Shown piece after piece: positions 1 to 11,527 of a DNA stretch of 57,454 nucleotides. Each line of letters starts with the position of its first letter. The first letter of the stretch is position 1. The DNA is from an uncultured Candidatus Cloacimonadota bacterium (GTDB taxonomy: Bacteria; Cloacimonadota; Cloacimonadia; Cloacimonadales; Cloacimonadaceae). The position numbers were made by a program, and so were the translations under genes. The stretch is taken from NCBI GenBank assembly GCA_964550575.1, contig CAZKAA010000001.1, forward strand, positions 1-57,454, given 5' to 3'. The notes beneath the pieces were generated by a model that saw only the letters and a program-made list of their open reading frames with translations, was not told the origin of the DNA and made no database searches.

Positions 1-45
1 ACACCCTATCCTACACTCTTTCCCTACACGACGCTCTTCCGATCT
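1..45 (+). other. Illumina TruSeq adapter remnant (end of P5, i5 index CCTATCCT, Read 1 primer site); not biological
   Basis: ACAC + CCTATCCT + ACACTCTTTCCCTACACGACGCTCTTCCGATCT at 1-45. The last 33 nt are the exact TruSeq Read 1 primer sequence. Confidence 0.98.
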
Positions 46-1041
46 GTCGATCCGCCGGGATGAATATGCGTAGGCTGTCAGGTTTGACGGTGCAGGTGGT
101 TGGGGTGAAGCAGCCAGCAGCACAACTGACACGCCGACCATCTGCTGGTTGCTGTATGATCCGCCCCAGGTCATAGAGCGTGTGTTATGATCCCAGGTAT
201 TGTGGACGAATATGGTGTTGCTCGCACTATCGTATCCCACCCCCAGCATGGTGTGGTCTTGCAAGTGGATGAATACCGGAATTCCTGAATCGATCAGATT
301 GCGGTATTGGGCAAGGGTGAATCCTGCCGGATTGCCTCCGTGGCCAGCAATGTACTGGTTGTAGTTCGAGGTTACGCTGTAACCCCTGGACTCCAGAAAC
401 AGACGAAATCCGTGGCAGCCGTCCCTTTTTCTGGTCGAAGCACCTTCTTCCCCAGTATAGTCATACAAGGGTGAGTTGTTCGGATTGTAGAAAAATGTAG
501 TCCAGCCATCTGCATTGTTCCACCAGTCCTGGCTGGTACCCATAAAGTCGGCGGTGCAGAGTTCGTAGTTACCCGTGGGGTCGCTGCTGCCCCAGGGATC
601 ATCGCCAGAATTGTCAGCGGCGACCCAATAGAGGTCAACATGGCCGTCGTAGGTCCTGCCGTCGAAGCCTTGGTGTGTCGCGCTGAGCGGACATTCACCT
701 GGTCCCCAGTGGCTGTTGTCGGGAGGGATCATGCCGAAGTTCCACGGCCCCGCATACATATAGGTGTGATTGCCGCGATCAAAGAACCCGGCATACATGG
801 CGGCAGTAGTGGGAGAACAGCCATAGCACCAGTCGAAGGCTGGAGCTTCTGTCAGCAGTATTGTGCTGCGGGTTGGAGTAATAACCGGACCCGGTTGCCT
901 GAGTTGAGGGGGAATGCCGGGGACAACCACCTCGTCCACCAACTTTCCTTCCCTGTCAATGAATGTGCGCACCAAATCAGCTTGCAGTAACTGGCAGACG
1001 ATTGCCAAAAAGATCAGGGATACCAAACAGCTCTTTGCCAT
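46..1041 (-). CDS. Secreted papain-fold (C39/C10-like) cysteine peptidase, 3'-truncated at the contig end; absent from the ORF track
   Basis: Hand translation: AAGGAG RBS, ATG at 1041, signal peptide MAKSCLVSLIFLAIVCQLLQA, WCYGCSPTTAAM (Cys), DHTMLGVGYD (His), VHNTWD (Asn-x-Trp). It then enters an Fn3-like start (PPAPSNLTA) and stays open to the adapter. Confidence 0.8.
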
Positions 1042-1151
1042 GATAATCTCCTTTCCAAGCTCGGGGCGATGGGTTTCTTTCCGCTCCGTCAAGGTCAAAG
1101 CCAAGTGCGGCGCTGAGATGAATCACGCTCAACTGGCAGTGAACTGTATTC

Positions 1152-1181
1152 AGAATATCGCTATATTCTAATAACTGTCAA
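1152..1181 (-). promoter_or_regulatory. Putative sigma70 promoter for the peptidase gene
   Basis: Minus strand TTGACA-N18-TATTCT in an AT-rich intergenic stretch. Confidence 0.5.
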
Positions 1182-1342
1182 GGAAATTATGGTTTATACA
1201 TATGATTGTTTCAGAGAAGACTTGTGAAGTAAATCAACACATGGGATGATTCGCATGCAGGCTGCTCCCTTCGGGATTGGCTGCAGTCTTTCGGCTAAAA
1301 AACCAGTTTCTGCCTTGAATGTTCTCCGGCTAAGAGACCCGC

Positions 1343-2971
1343 TTAGCTGTAGATCACCGCCGTGAGCTGGCGGCGCAGAGTCTTTCCCCCTGATTCAGCC
1401 CTGGACTCCCAAACGATGATGTATATGCCGCGGGGAACGATGGTACCGGCTGAATCCCTGCCGTCCCATAACAGAGAACCCTCCGCCGGAATGCTTAGGT
1501 TGTCCGCCAGGACCCGCACCCTCTTTCCGGCACGGTCGTAGACAGAGCAGTTAACGCGACTGGACGGCTGGCCAAGGTTGTAAAAGAGATTGATTCCCAT
1601 GCCTGAGCGGGGATCGCAGGGGCTTCCGGCCAGTTCGAGCGCTCCGGGGAACTGGGGTACGGGAGCGCTTTGGCTGTTGGCATCGCCGGGCGTGGCTCCC
1701 TCAATATCCAGGCAATAGCGCCAGAGATAGCCGCCCTCTCCGTCTGGGTAGCGTTCCAGGGAAACTCCCTGCTGATAACTCACGCCGGCGTAGCTCATCT
1801 GGTCGAGGCAGTTGCCGTCCGAGTCGCAAAGGCTGAGCGTGTCTCCGTCGTTGTTGAGCACAGCCCAGGATCCCACCTCCACGATGCTGGAAGAAGGGCA
1901 TTCCGGATAGTCCGCGAGCATTTCCGCGGCAGACCTGCACAATACATAATAACCGACAACTGGCGGCAGTGAGAACCCAAACTGGTTCCCAGTGGCATCC
2001 CTGAGGATGTAGCCGTCCCTGAGGGGATAGCCAAGCCAGACCTCGATCCATTCCTGCTTGCCGGGTTGGGGGTCATACATGATCTCGTTGATGCGGGGAA
2101 CGTCAAGATCCTCCTGCAACAGGCTGAGGCTGGCCGAGTTGTTGAGCGGGTCAGGGTCATTTTCCAGATTGACCTGCGCTGTGACTATGTGGTTGAGTTC
2201 ATCGCTCACCGGCAGGATAATTGCGACTCCGACAGAATCCCCGGCTGCAAGGTCACCCGCCGGCTGGGTATCGATCAAAACTCCGTCCAGGTGCACTTCC
2301 AGTTCCGCGGCGCAGGGAGGCCCGATATTGGATTGGTTTTTGACCCATGCCTGAAACTCCCATTGTCCGTTGTTATCAGCAATCTGAGCGTGCAGCAGGG
2401 CGTAGTCCAGATACACCATGTTTGGCAAGCCGGGCGTGGGATTCTCTTCAATCTGCCAGTCCCAGGAGTTGTCGTTGGTGTCAAGGCCGTCATAGCGCCG
2501 GGCCAGGGATGTTCCTTCCGGCGCGTCCGGCGCAAAACTTACGCCTACGTTCTCAGAATCATCCTGCAATCCGTTCGAGTTTGGCGAGTCATAGAGCACC
2601 GTGTCCGTGTATAGCCCGTCGGGGCTCACAAAGCGGATGCCGTCGGTCTCCGAGCCGCCGTTTTGAAAGCCAAGCTCTGCTGTCAGCACGGCGTTTGCAA
2701 CCCCGCTTTCACCGATGAGTAGGAAGCGTTGCGCTCTCAGGATATAGTGGGGGAGTTCATAGGCCAGGTTGTAGGAACTGCCACCGCAAAGGATCAAGGC
2801 GCCTTCCAGATCAACGTCTGTGCCGCCGGAGTTGAATAGCTCGATCCACTCCATATCCCCGTCAGACCCTTGGGGGTCATAGCAGACCTCGTTGATCACA
2901 ATCCGGGCGGAAGCACTGCAGCACATCCCAAGCATCATGATCCACAGAATGCGTCTGATCGCGCCGCCCAT
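1343..2971 (-). CDS. Secreted protein with two lamin-tail domains, a CARDB-like domain and a C-terminal FlgD-Ig/T9SS-like domain
   Basis: Signal peptide; two LTD starts (IVINEVCYDP..EWIELFN and PRINEIMYDP..EWIEV), each ending in TPG..N; C-terminal VYDRAGKRVRVL..WDGRD..G..VPRGIYI. Confidence 0.85.
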   Translation of the reverse strand: MGGAIRRILWIMMLGMCCSASARIVINEVCYDPQGSDGDMEWIELFNSGGTDVDLEGALILCGGSSYNLAYELPHYILRAQRFLLIGESGVANAVLTAELGFQNGGSETDGIRFVSPDGLYTDTVLYDSPNSNGLQDDSENVGVSFAPDAPEGTSLARRYDGLDTNDNSWDWQIEENPTPGLPNMVYLDYALLHAQIADNNGQWEFQAWVKNQSNIGPPCAAELEVHLDGVLIDTQPAGDLAAGDSVGVAIILPVSDELNHIVTAQVNLENDPDPLNNSASLSLLQEDLDVPRINEIMYDPQPGKQEWIEVWLGYPLRDGYILRDATGNQFGFSLPPVVGYYVLCRSAAEMLADYPECPSSSIVEVGSWAVLNNDGDTLSLCDSDGNCLDQMSYAGVSYQQGVSLERYPDGEGGYLWRYCLDIEGATPGDANSQSAPVPQFPGALELAGSPCDPRSGMGINLFYNLGQPSSRVNCSVYDRAGKRVRVLADNLSIPAEGSLLWDGRDSAGTIVPRGIYIIVWESRAESGGKTLRRQLTAVIYS

Positions 2972-2987
2972 ATCGACCGGTTCTTTT

Positions 2988-5489
<2,502 letters not shown>

Positions 5490-5780
5490 CAAGTCCTCAG
5501 TGTTTAATCGCAGTTTTTACACATCGCGGAGCGTGGGGATGCTGTCAAGCGGAAACTCACCCGAACGCGCTCCCGCGTCAGCTCTTCATGTTTCTCTGTC
5601 CCGCCTGATCGGTCACAGTCGTCAAACTTATCCTCCCGCCAACCTTTCCGCTTTGCCTGCCGGAGGCCTCAATCTACCGGCTTCAGGCCAGAAAATGCAA
5701 ATTTGCCCTTGACAGGAATCAATGAATTCATGATCCAACTTAAACATGAAATTGTATCAAGTTCAGGGAGTTCAAAGTTG

Positions 5781-8700
5781 ATGCAACGAGTACTGCTTGT
5801 TTTATTGCTGCTGCTTGCGGCAGTCCTTGCCGCCAAACCGGTTTCCCACCAACAAGCCGCCCGTGTGGCGGAAAACTGGATGCTGGAACGAACCGGCCAG
5901 CGCCATACTGATTCCTCCATAACGCCCCTCGATCCCCAAAGCCCCGTTCTGGCGGTTTCGCTGAACCCGTCGGGCTTCGTCCTCATCGCCGGCGACGACG
6001 CGGCTTTCCCCATACTGGGCTACGGCTCCGGCCATGCCTGGGGCGAACGCCCGGTACCCGTTCAGCTCCAAGCGATGCTGGACGGATGGATATCACAACT
6101 GCGCGATATCGGCGCGCGCAACCTTTCGCCAAGCCTGGAAGCCGCCCTCCTCTGGCAGAGATACGACAAGCCCCCCTCCGACTTTCAGCCGAACCGCAAT
6201 TACCGCGACGTGGCGCCGCTGCTCTCCACGACCTGGGGTCAGGAAGGCTACTACAACGAACTTTGCCCGGAATACACCCCCGTCGGCTGCGTCGCCACCG
6301 CCATGAGCCAGATCATGCGCTATTGGTCCTTTCCCGTCACCGGACAGGGTTCCCACAGCTACACCCATCCCGATTACGGCACCCTGAGCGCGGACTTTGG
6401 CGCCACCGTGTACAACTGGACGGCGATGCCAAACCAGGTGGGAAGCCCCAACCTCTCCGTCGCCACGCTCTGCTTCCACGCGGGAGTAGCGGTGGAGATG
6501 AACTACGACCCCACCGGTTCCGGTGCCTACAGCTGGGCTGTGGACGACGCGCTCAAAAACTACTTCAGATACGCGGGTTCCACTGCCTATTATGACCGCT
6601 CCGCATATTCCGATGCCACTTGGGCGAACATGCTGCGCAACGAGTTCGACAGCTCGCGCCCGGTCTATTATTCCGGCTATGGTGTGGGAGGCGGCCACGC
6701 CTTCGTGCTGGACGGCTACCAGGGCACGGACCACTTCCACGTCAATTGGGGCTGGGACGGATACTACAACGGATTTTACACCCTCGGCGGACTCAATCCC
6801 GGTTCCTATTCCTTCAACGGGCTCCAGGCAGCGGTGATGGGCATCGCGCCGACCCAGTCCGGCCCCTCCCTGAACGAAGGTTTTGAGGACATTGCCTTTC
6901 CGCCCGAAGGATGGAGCAGCGACAGCGGCTCCTGGACCCGCCAGACCTCCTCCGCCATCACCGGAACAGCCTCCGCGCGCTACAGCGGAAGCGCGAACAA
7001 CGTCAAGCTGGTCACCCCGCTCGTCTCCCTCACCGCCGAAAGCAGCATCTCCTTTTCCGCCAAGCGTTCCACCAACCGCAACGAAGTGCTGGACCTGATG
7101 TATTCCGCCGACGGTTCCGGCTGGGCGACCCTCTATACCACCCCTATCCTCTCCACCACGGCGACCACCTACACCGCCTACTTCAGCAGCGTCGCCCCGG
7201 GGGACTATTATCTCGCTTTCAATGCCAGGTCTTCCACCGGCGCCACCCAAACCAAGACCATCTATCTGGACGGGATTTCCGGACCCGCTCTCGCCAACGC
7301 TCCCGTCAAGGCAAGGATCAACCTTGGGGCCTGGGACGCGGGCAACGTGGCTCCCGGCATCATGGCAGCCTCCGGACAGGTCTTCCAGCTTTCCAACATC
7401 GGCGGCGGCATCCTGCAGATAACCGGCGTCACCGACCTTACAGGCACCGAGTTTTCCTGCAGCCTCAACCGCAACGCCCAATTGGTCTATGGGCAGGTCC
7501 ACGAGTTCGGCTTCGGCTACGAACCGGTCGATTACGGCACAGACGCTCTGAGCTTCCAGATCGTCACCACCGGCGGCACCATCACGGTCAACCTCACCGG
7601 TTCCGCCAGCGGCAGCCTGTTCGCGGACGACTTTGAGAACTACGCCGATTTCACCCTCAACCTGTCGCCCTGGACCCAATACGACATCGACGGCTCGCCG
7701 ACCTACGGCCTGCCAGGCTGCACCTACCCCAACCGCGGCTACACCGGCGCGTTCATGGCTTTCAATTCTTCCCAGACCTCGCCCTCCCTGGCGGGAACCG
7801 CCGCAGACGCCCAGTCCGGGCTCAAGGGAGCCTACTGTTTCGCCGGCAACAACCTGCAAAACAACGACTGGCTGGTCACCCCCCAGCTTTCGCTGATCGG
7901 GCCGACCTGCACCGTCAGCTTCTGGGCAAAGTCCTACACGGACAACTATGGCCTGGAACGCTTCAAGGTCCGCTATTCCACCACCAACAACGCCGTGGCG
8001 AGCTTCACCAACTATCTGGCTGGCTCCTCCACCGCCTACGTCTCCGCGCCAGTCGACTGGGCTTTCTACAGCTACATCCTGCCTGTCAACGCGAAGTATG
8101 TAGCGATCCAATGCGTCTCCGCCGAAGCTTTCATCTTCATGGTGGACAACTTTTCCATCACGGACAGCGGCCAGAACCCCCCGCCCCCCGCCTTTGGACA
8201 CCTCAGCGGCTACGTCCGCGCCGCGGGAACCTCAAACCCCGTCCCCAACGCCGTGGTCGTGGCGGGGCAGAAAAGCTGCGTCACCAATGCAAGCGGATTC
8301 TACCAGATCAACAACCTGCCGGCCGGCACTTATAGCGTTGGCTGCTCAACGCCCGGACAGGACTTCTTCACCGCCTCTGCCAGCGGGATAACCATCTCTC
8401 TGGGGGTCACGGCCGCCCACGACTTCGATCTCACCTGGGCGGAACTGGAGGTCAACTCCTTCGAGTTCGCCGCCAACCTCTATCTTGGTCAAAACGAGGA
8501 CCAGACGCTGATCGTCTCCAATCCCGGCGGCACTGCCAATCTCGAATACTCCTGGCGGCATTCGCCCTACAGCGGAGATGCCGCGGCAACCTGTGCTTCC
8601 GGGACCCTGGAGCGCGCCTTGCCCGCCGATCCCGCGCACAAGGTCGCGGAGCACGTCGTTTTGGATAACCGGGTTTCCGTGGAGTGCTGGATGAGCTACG

Positions 8701-9620
8701 GAGATGTGGAAGACTACACCTATTACACCACCTACGCCCCCGAGCGCGCCACCCGCTTCAGCCTCGGCGAGTGGGGGCTCTGGAGCGATGCCGGAGTGAC
8801 CGTCACCCAGCTTCAGGCATATTTCTACGAACCCGGAGCCGACCTCTGGGGTTCGGAAGACAGTTTCCGCTTCAAGGTCTACGCCGCGGACGGCTCCACC
8901 CTTCTCTACTCCTCGCCGAACATCGTCGCCCAGCGCCAGTTCGGCCCCACCACCTTCATTCTGCCCGAGCCGCTGACCATCGCGGGTGATTTCTATGTCG
9001 CCATCGCGCCGGAAGGAACGGTTTCGGGCAAGCCCTACGGCCTCAGCACCGGCTACAGCAGGGGTAAATCCTACTTCGGTTCTCCCGGGGCGTGGACCGC
9101 CCTGGCCGAGGAGGAACACCTCATTTCCGTATTCGCCGAAGGCGGCTGGTGGGTCTTCGCCAACCCCGCCACCGGCGTCGTCGCCCCCGGCAGCGAGGAA
9201 TCGGTCACCCTCAGCTTTGACACCCAGGGCCTGCGCCCCGGCACCTACAGCGGTCTGCTGACCATCTTCAACAACTCCAACTATATCGCGCCCAGCGGCA
9301 GCATCCGCGGCGACGACCTCAGCATCCTGCTCACCCTCAACGTTTCGGATCCGCCTCTCAGCCTCGACCCCCCGCAAAACCTTGCCCTCGCCCCCCAACC
9401 GGAGCAGATCGTCCTGACCTGGGATCCCGTGCCAAACGCTTCATCTTATGCCATCTACGGTTCAAGCGATCCCCGCCTGCCCACCGGCGGAGCCTTCGAC
9501 GTCCTGATCCTCCGGACTTCGGACCCTGGAGCGGAAATCACATGGGCGCGCCTGGTCCAGCTTGGGCTGGATGCCAGCAAGGTCTTCTTCCAGATCATGG
9601 CGGACACCGAATCGCCCTGA
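5781..9620 (+). CDS. Secreted C10 (streptopain-like) peptidase with prodomain, cleaved-adhesin/choice-of-anchor J domains, Ig-like domains and an Fn3-like C-terminal domain
   Basis: GGGAG RBS, ATG 5781 and signal peptide; GFVLIAGDD prodomain; PVGCVATAMSQIM (Cys), GGHAFVLDGY (His), VNWGW; FADDFE..NNDWLVTP..YGLERF adhesin motifs. Confidence 0.9.
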   Translation: MQRVLLVLLLLLAAVLAAKPVSHQQAARVAENWMLERTGQRHTDSSITPLDPQSPVLAVSLNPSGFVLIAGDDAAFPILGYGSGHAWGERPVPVQLQAMLDGWISQLRDIGARNLSPSLEAALLWQRYDKPPSDFQPNRNYRDVAPLLSTTWGQEGYYNELCPEYTPVGCVATAMSQIMRYWSFPVTGQGSHSYTHPDYGTLSADFGATVYNWTAMPNQVGSPNLSVATLCFHAGVAVEMNYDPTGSGAYSWAVDDALKNYFRYAGSTAYYDRSAYSDATWANMLRNEFDSSRPVYYSGYGVGGGHAFVLDGYQGTDHFHVNWGWDGYYNGFYTLGGLNPGSYSFNGLQAAVMGIAPTQSGPSLNEGFEDIAFPPEGWSSDSGSWTRQTSSAITGTASARYSGSANNVKLVTPLVSLTAESSISFSAKRSTNRNEVLDLMYSADGSGWATLYTTPILSTTATTYTAYFSSVAPGDYYLAFNARSSTGATQTKTIYLDGISGPALANAPVKARINLGAWDAGNVAPGIMAASGQVFQLSNIGGGILQITGVTDLTGTEFSCSLNRNAQLVYGQVHEFGFGYEPVDYGTDALSFQIVTTGGTITVNLTGSASGSLFADDFENYADFTLNLSPWTQYDIDGSPTYGLPGCTYPNRGYTGAFMAFNSSQTSPSLAGTAADAQSGLKGAYCFAGNNLQNNDWLVTPQLSLIGPTCTVSFWAKSYTDNYGLERFKVRYSTTNNAVASFTNYLAGSSTAYVSAPVDWAFYSYILPVNAKYVAIQCVSAEAFIFMVDNFSITDSGQNPPPPAFGHLSGYVRAAGTSNPVPNAVVVAGQKSCVTNASGFYQINNLPAGTYSVGCSTPGQDFFTASASGITISLGVTAAHDFDLTWAELEVNSFEFAANLYLGQNEDQTLIVSNPGGTANLEYSWRHSPYSGDAAATCASGTLERALPADPAHKVAEHVVLDNRVSVECWMSYGDVEDYTYYTTYAPERATRFSLGEWGLWSDAGVTVTQLQAYFYEPGADLWGSEDSFRFKVYAADGSTLLYSSPNIVAQRQFGPTTFILPEPLTIAGDFYVAIAPEGTVSGKPYGLSTGYSRGKSYFGSPGAWTALAEEEHLISVFAEGGWWVFANPATGVVAPGSEESVTLSFDTQGLRPGTYSGLLTIFNNSNYIAPSGSIRGDDLSILLTLNVSDPPLSLDPPQNLALAPQPEQIVLTWDPVPNASSYAIYGSSDPRLPTGGAFDVLILRTSDPGAEITWARLVQLGLDASKVFFQIMADTESP

Positions 9621-9646
9621 TTCCAGGCTCATTTAGTTCCTGCCAG

Positions 9647-9713
9647 CCTCCCGGTGTCCTCCCGGTTGCCGGGCGGGAGGCAAGCGCGTGGCTAACGGGA
9701 GGAAAGCGGGACT
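9647..9713. repeat. 11-bp-phased inverted-repeat element, GC class, copy 1
   Basis: CCTCCC at 9647 and 9658; 11-nt gap; GGGAGG/GCGTGG/GGGAGG/GGGACT at 9675, 9686, 9697, 9708. Confidence 0.75.
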
Positions 9714-9804
9714 GGAACAAGGACGGAAAAACACCTGGCAAAAACACCCTTCGCTTTGGGGATAAATCCGCTTAATATATAAAAAACATGAAGTTGGAGA
9801 TATT

Positions 9805-11499
9805 GTGAAGCAACCAGGCTTTGAACTTACCCTCAAGGGAATGATAGACCGCTCCTGCTCGCTCTACGCGGACAGGCCGGCGCTTTCCACCGTGGACGGC
9901 GAACCGATCACCTATCAGGATCTCAGGCAGCAGATCGACGCCCTCATCGTGATGATGGCAGAGTCCGGCATCGTCAAGGGTGACCGGGTGGCGATCCTCA
10001 GCCAGAACATGCCGAACTGGGGGGTCGCCTATCTGGCGGTCACTTCCATGGGCGCGGTGGTGGTGCCGATCCTGGTGGATTTCCACGTCAACGAGATCCT
10101 GCAAATCCTCCGTCACTCTGAAGCGAAGATGGTTTTCGTGTCCTCCGCGCAATATGACAAGATCGGCTACGCGGAACTGGACCCGGGGCTCAGCCTCGTC
10201 TCGCTGGACAACTTCGAGCCACTGCCGCACAGCACGCCCAAGGACAAGCTGGGCGAATTCATCTACGAGCAGGGCAAGCAGTTGCAAAAACTTAAGAACA
10301 AAGCGCTGAAGGCGATCGGGCTCATCGACGGGGAGGTGCGCGAGGATGACCTCGCCACCCTGATCTACACCTCCGGCACCACAGGGCACTCCAAGGGCGT
10401 GATGCTGACCCACAAGAACCTCGTGCTGGACGCCTACATCACCACGCAGTTCCAAAGGATGGACACCAGCGACCGCCTGATCTCGATCCTGCCCCTGCCG
10501 CACACCTACGAATGCACGATCGGCTTCATCATCCCCATGATGCAGGGCGCCTGCGTCTATTATCTGGACAAGCCGCCCACGGCAAGGGTGCTGATCCCGG
10601 CGATGCAGAAGATCAAGCCCACGATGATCCTCACCGTGCCCCTGATCATCGAAAAGATCTTCAAAATGCAGATTCATCCCCAGTTGACCGGAAACCCGGT
10701 TTTCAAAGCGCTCTACAAAGCGCCGCCGACCCGCAAGCTCCTGCACAAGGTCGCGGGTAAAAAGCTGATGAAGACCTTTGGCGGGCAGCTGCATTTCTTC
10801 GGCATCGGAGGCGCGCTGCTCTCCTACGAGGTGGAACGCTTCCTCTTCGAAGCCGGCTTCCCCTACGCCATCGGCTACGGGCTGACGGAAACAGCACCCC
10901 TGATCGCGGGGAGCAATCCGCAGGAAGTGAAGTTCCGCGGCACGGGCAAGGTGCTGGACACTTTGGAGATGCGCATCGCGAACCCGGACCAGAAGACCCG
11001 CATCGGCGAGATACAGGTCAAGGGCGACGTGGTGATGAAAGGATATTACAAGGATCCGCAGCGCACCGCGGAAGCCTTCACGGAGGACGGATTCTTCAAG
11101 ACCGGAGACCTGGGCATCCTGCGCAAGGGCAAATATCTCTACATCATCGGCCGCAGCAAGAACGTGATCGTCGCCTCCAGCGGGGAAAACATCTATCCTG
11201 AGGAGATCGAGGCCAGGCTCAACGAGCAGGAAAGCGTGCTGGAATCTCTGGCGCTGGAATCAGGCGGGCAGATCGTCGCCAGGGTGTTTTTGAACTATGA
11301 ATACCTTGAACACCACTTCCATCTGGAGCGCATGGGCGGAACGGCCGCGGAAGCCTTTGTCCAGAAGCATCTGGAAGAGATGCGCGTCCAGACAAACGCG
11401 AACCTCTCCTCCTTCGCCCGCATCCATAAAATAATCGAGCAAAAAGAACCCTTCGAGAAAACGCCGACCCAAAAGATCAAGCGCTTCCTGTACCAGTGA
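9805..11499 (+). CDS. Long-chain fatty acid-CoA ligase (AMP-binding, FadD-like)
   Basis: LIYTSGTTGHSKG, GYGLTET, FKTGDLG, GRSKN..SGENIYPEEIE, TPTQKIKR; GTG start with a GGAG RBS. Confidence 0.93.
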   Translation: MKQPGFELTLKGMIDRSCSLYADRPALSTVDGEPITYQDLRQQIDALIVMMAESGIVKGDRVAILSQNMPNWGVAYLAVTSMGAVVVPILVDFHVNEILQILRHSEAKMVFVSSAQYDKIGYAELDPGLSLVSLDNFEPLPHSTPKDKLGEFIYEQGKQLQKLKNKALKAIGLIDGEVREDDLATLIYTSGTTGHSKGVMLTHKNLVLDAYITTQFQRMDTSDRLISILPLPHTYECTIGFIIPMMQGACVYYLDKPPTARVLIPAMQKIKPTMILTVPLIIEKIFKMQIHPQLTGNPVFKALYKAPPTRKLLHKVAGKKLMKTFGGQLHFFGIGGALLSYEVERFLFEAGFPYAIGYGLTETAPLIAGSNPQEVKFRGTGKVLDTLEMRIANPDQKTRIGEIQVKGDVVMKGYYKDPQRTAEAFTEDGFFKTGDLGILRKGKYLYIIGRSKNVIVASSGENIYPEEIEARLNEQESVLESLALESGGQIVARVFLNYEYLEHHFHLERMGGTAAEAFVQKHLEEMRVQTNANLSSFARIHKIIEQKEPFEKTPTQKIKRFLYQ

Positions 11500-11527
11500 C
11501 GGCGGACCGGAACGTGATTCCGGAGAC

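Noticed and set aside
372-1171. Three short ORFs listed in the track
   Set aside because: They overlap the uncalled minus-strand peptidase, which has an RBS, a signal peptide and catalytic motifs.
5632-5672. Possible fifth GC-class phased element
   Set aside because: Only degenerate CCT-led hexamers with broken phase and no mirrored arm.
6093-8201. 702-aa minus-strand ORF, and similar long antisense ORFs (8346-9398, 9772-10794, 22099-23433, 42218-43246)
   Set aside because: Each lies opposite a well-supported gene, has no recognisable motifs, and is expected from GC-rich codon bias.
11507-11523. CCGGAA-N5-TTCCGG hairpin between convergent genes
   Set aside because: The stem is only 6 bp and there is no U-tract on either strand.
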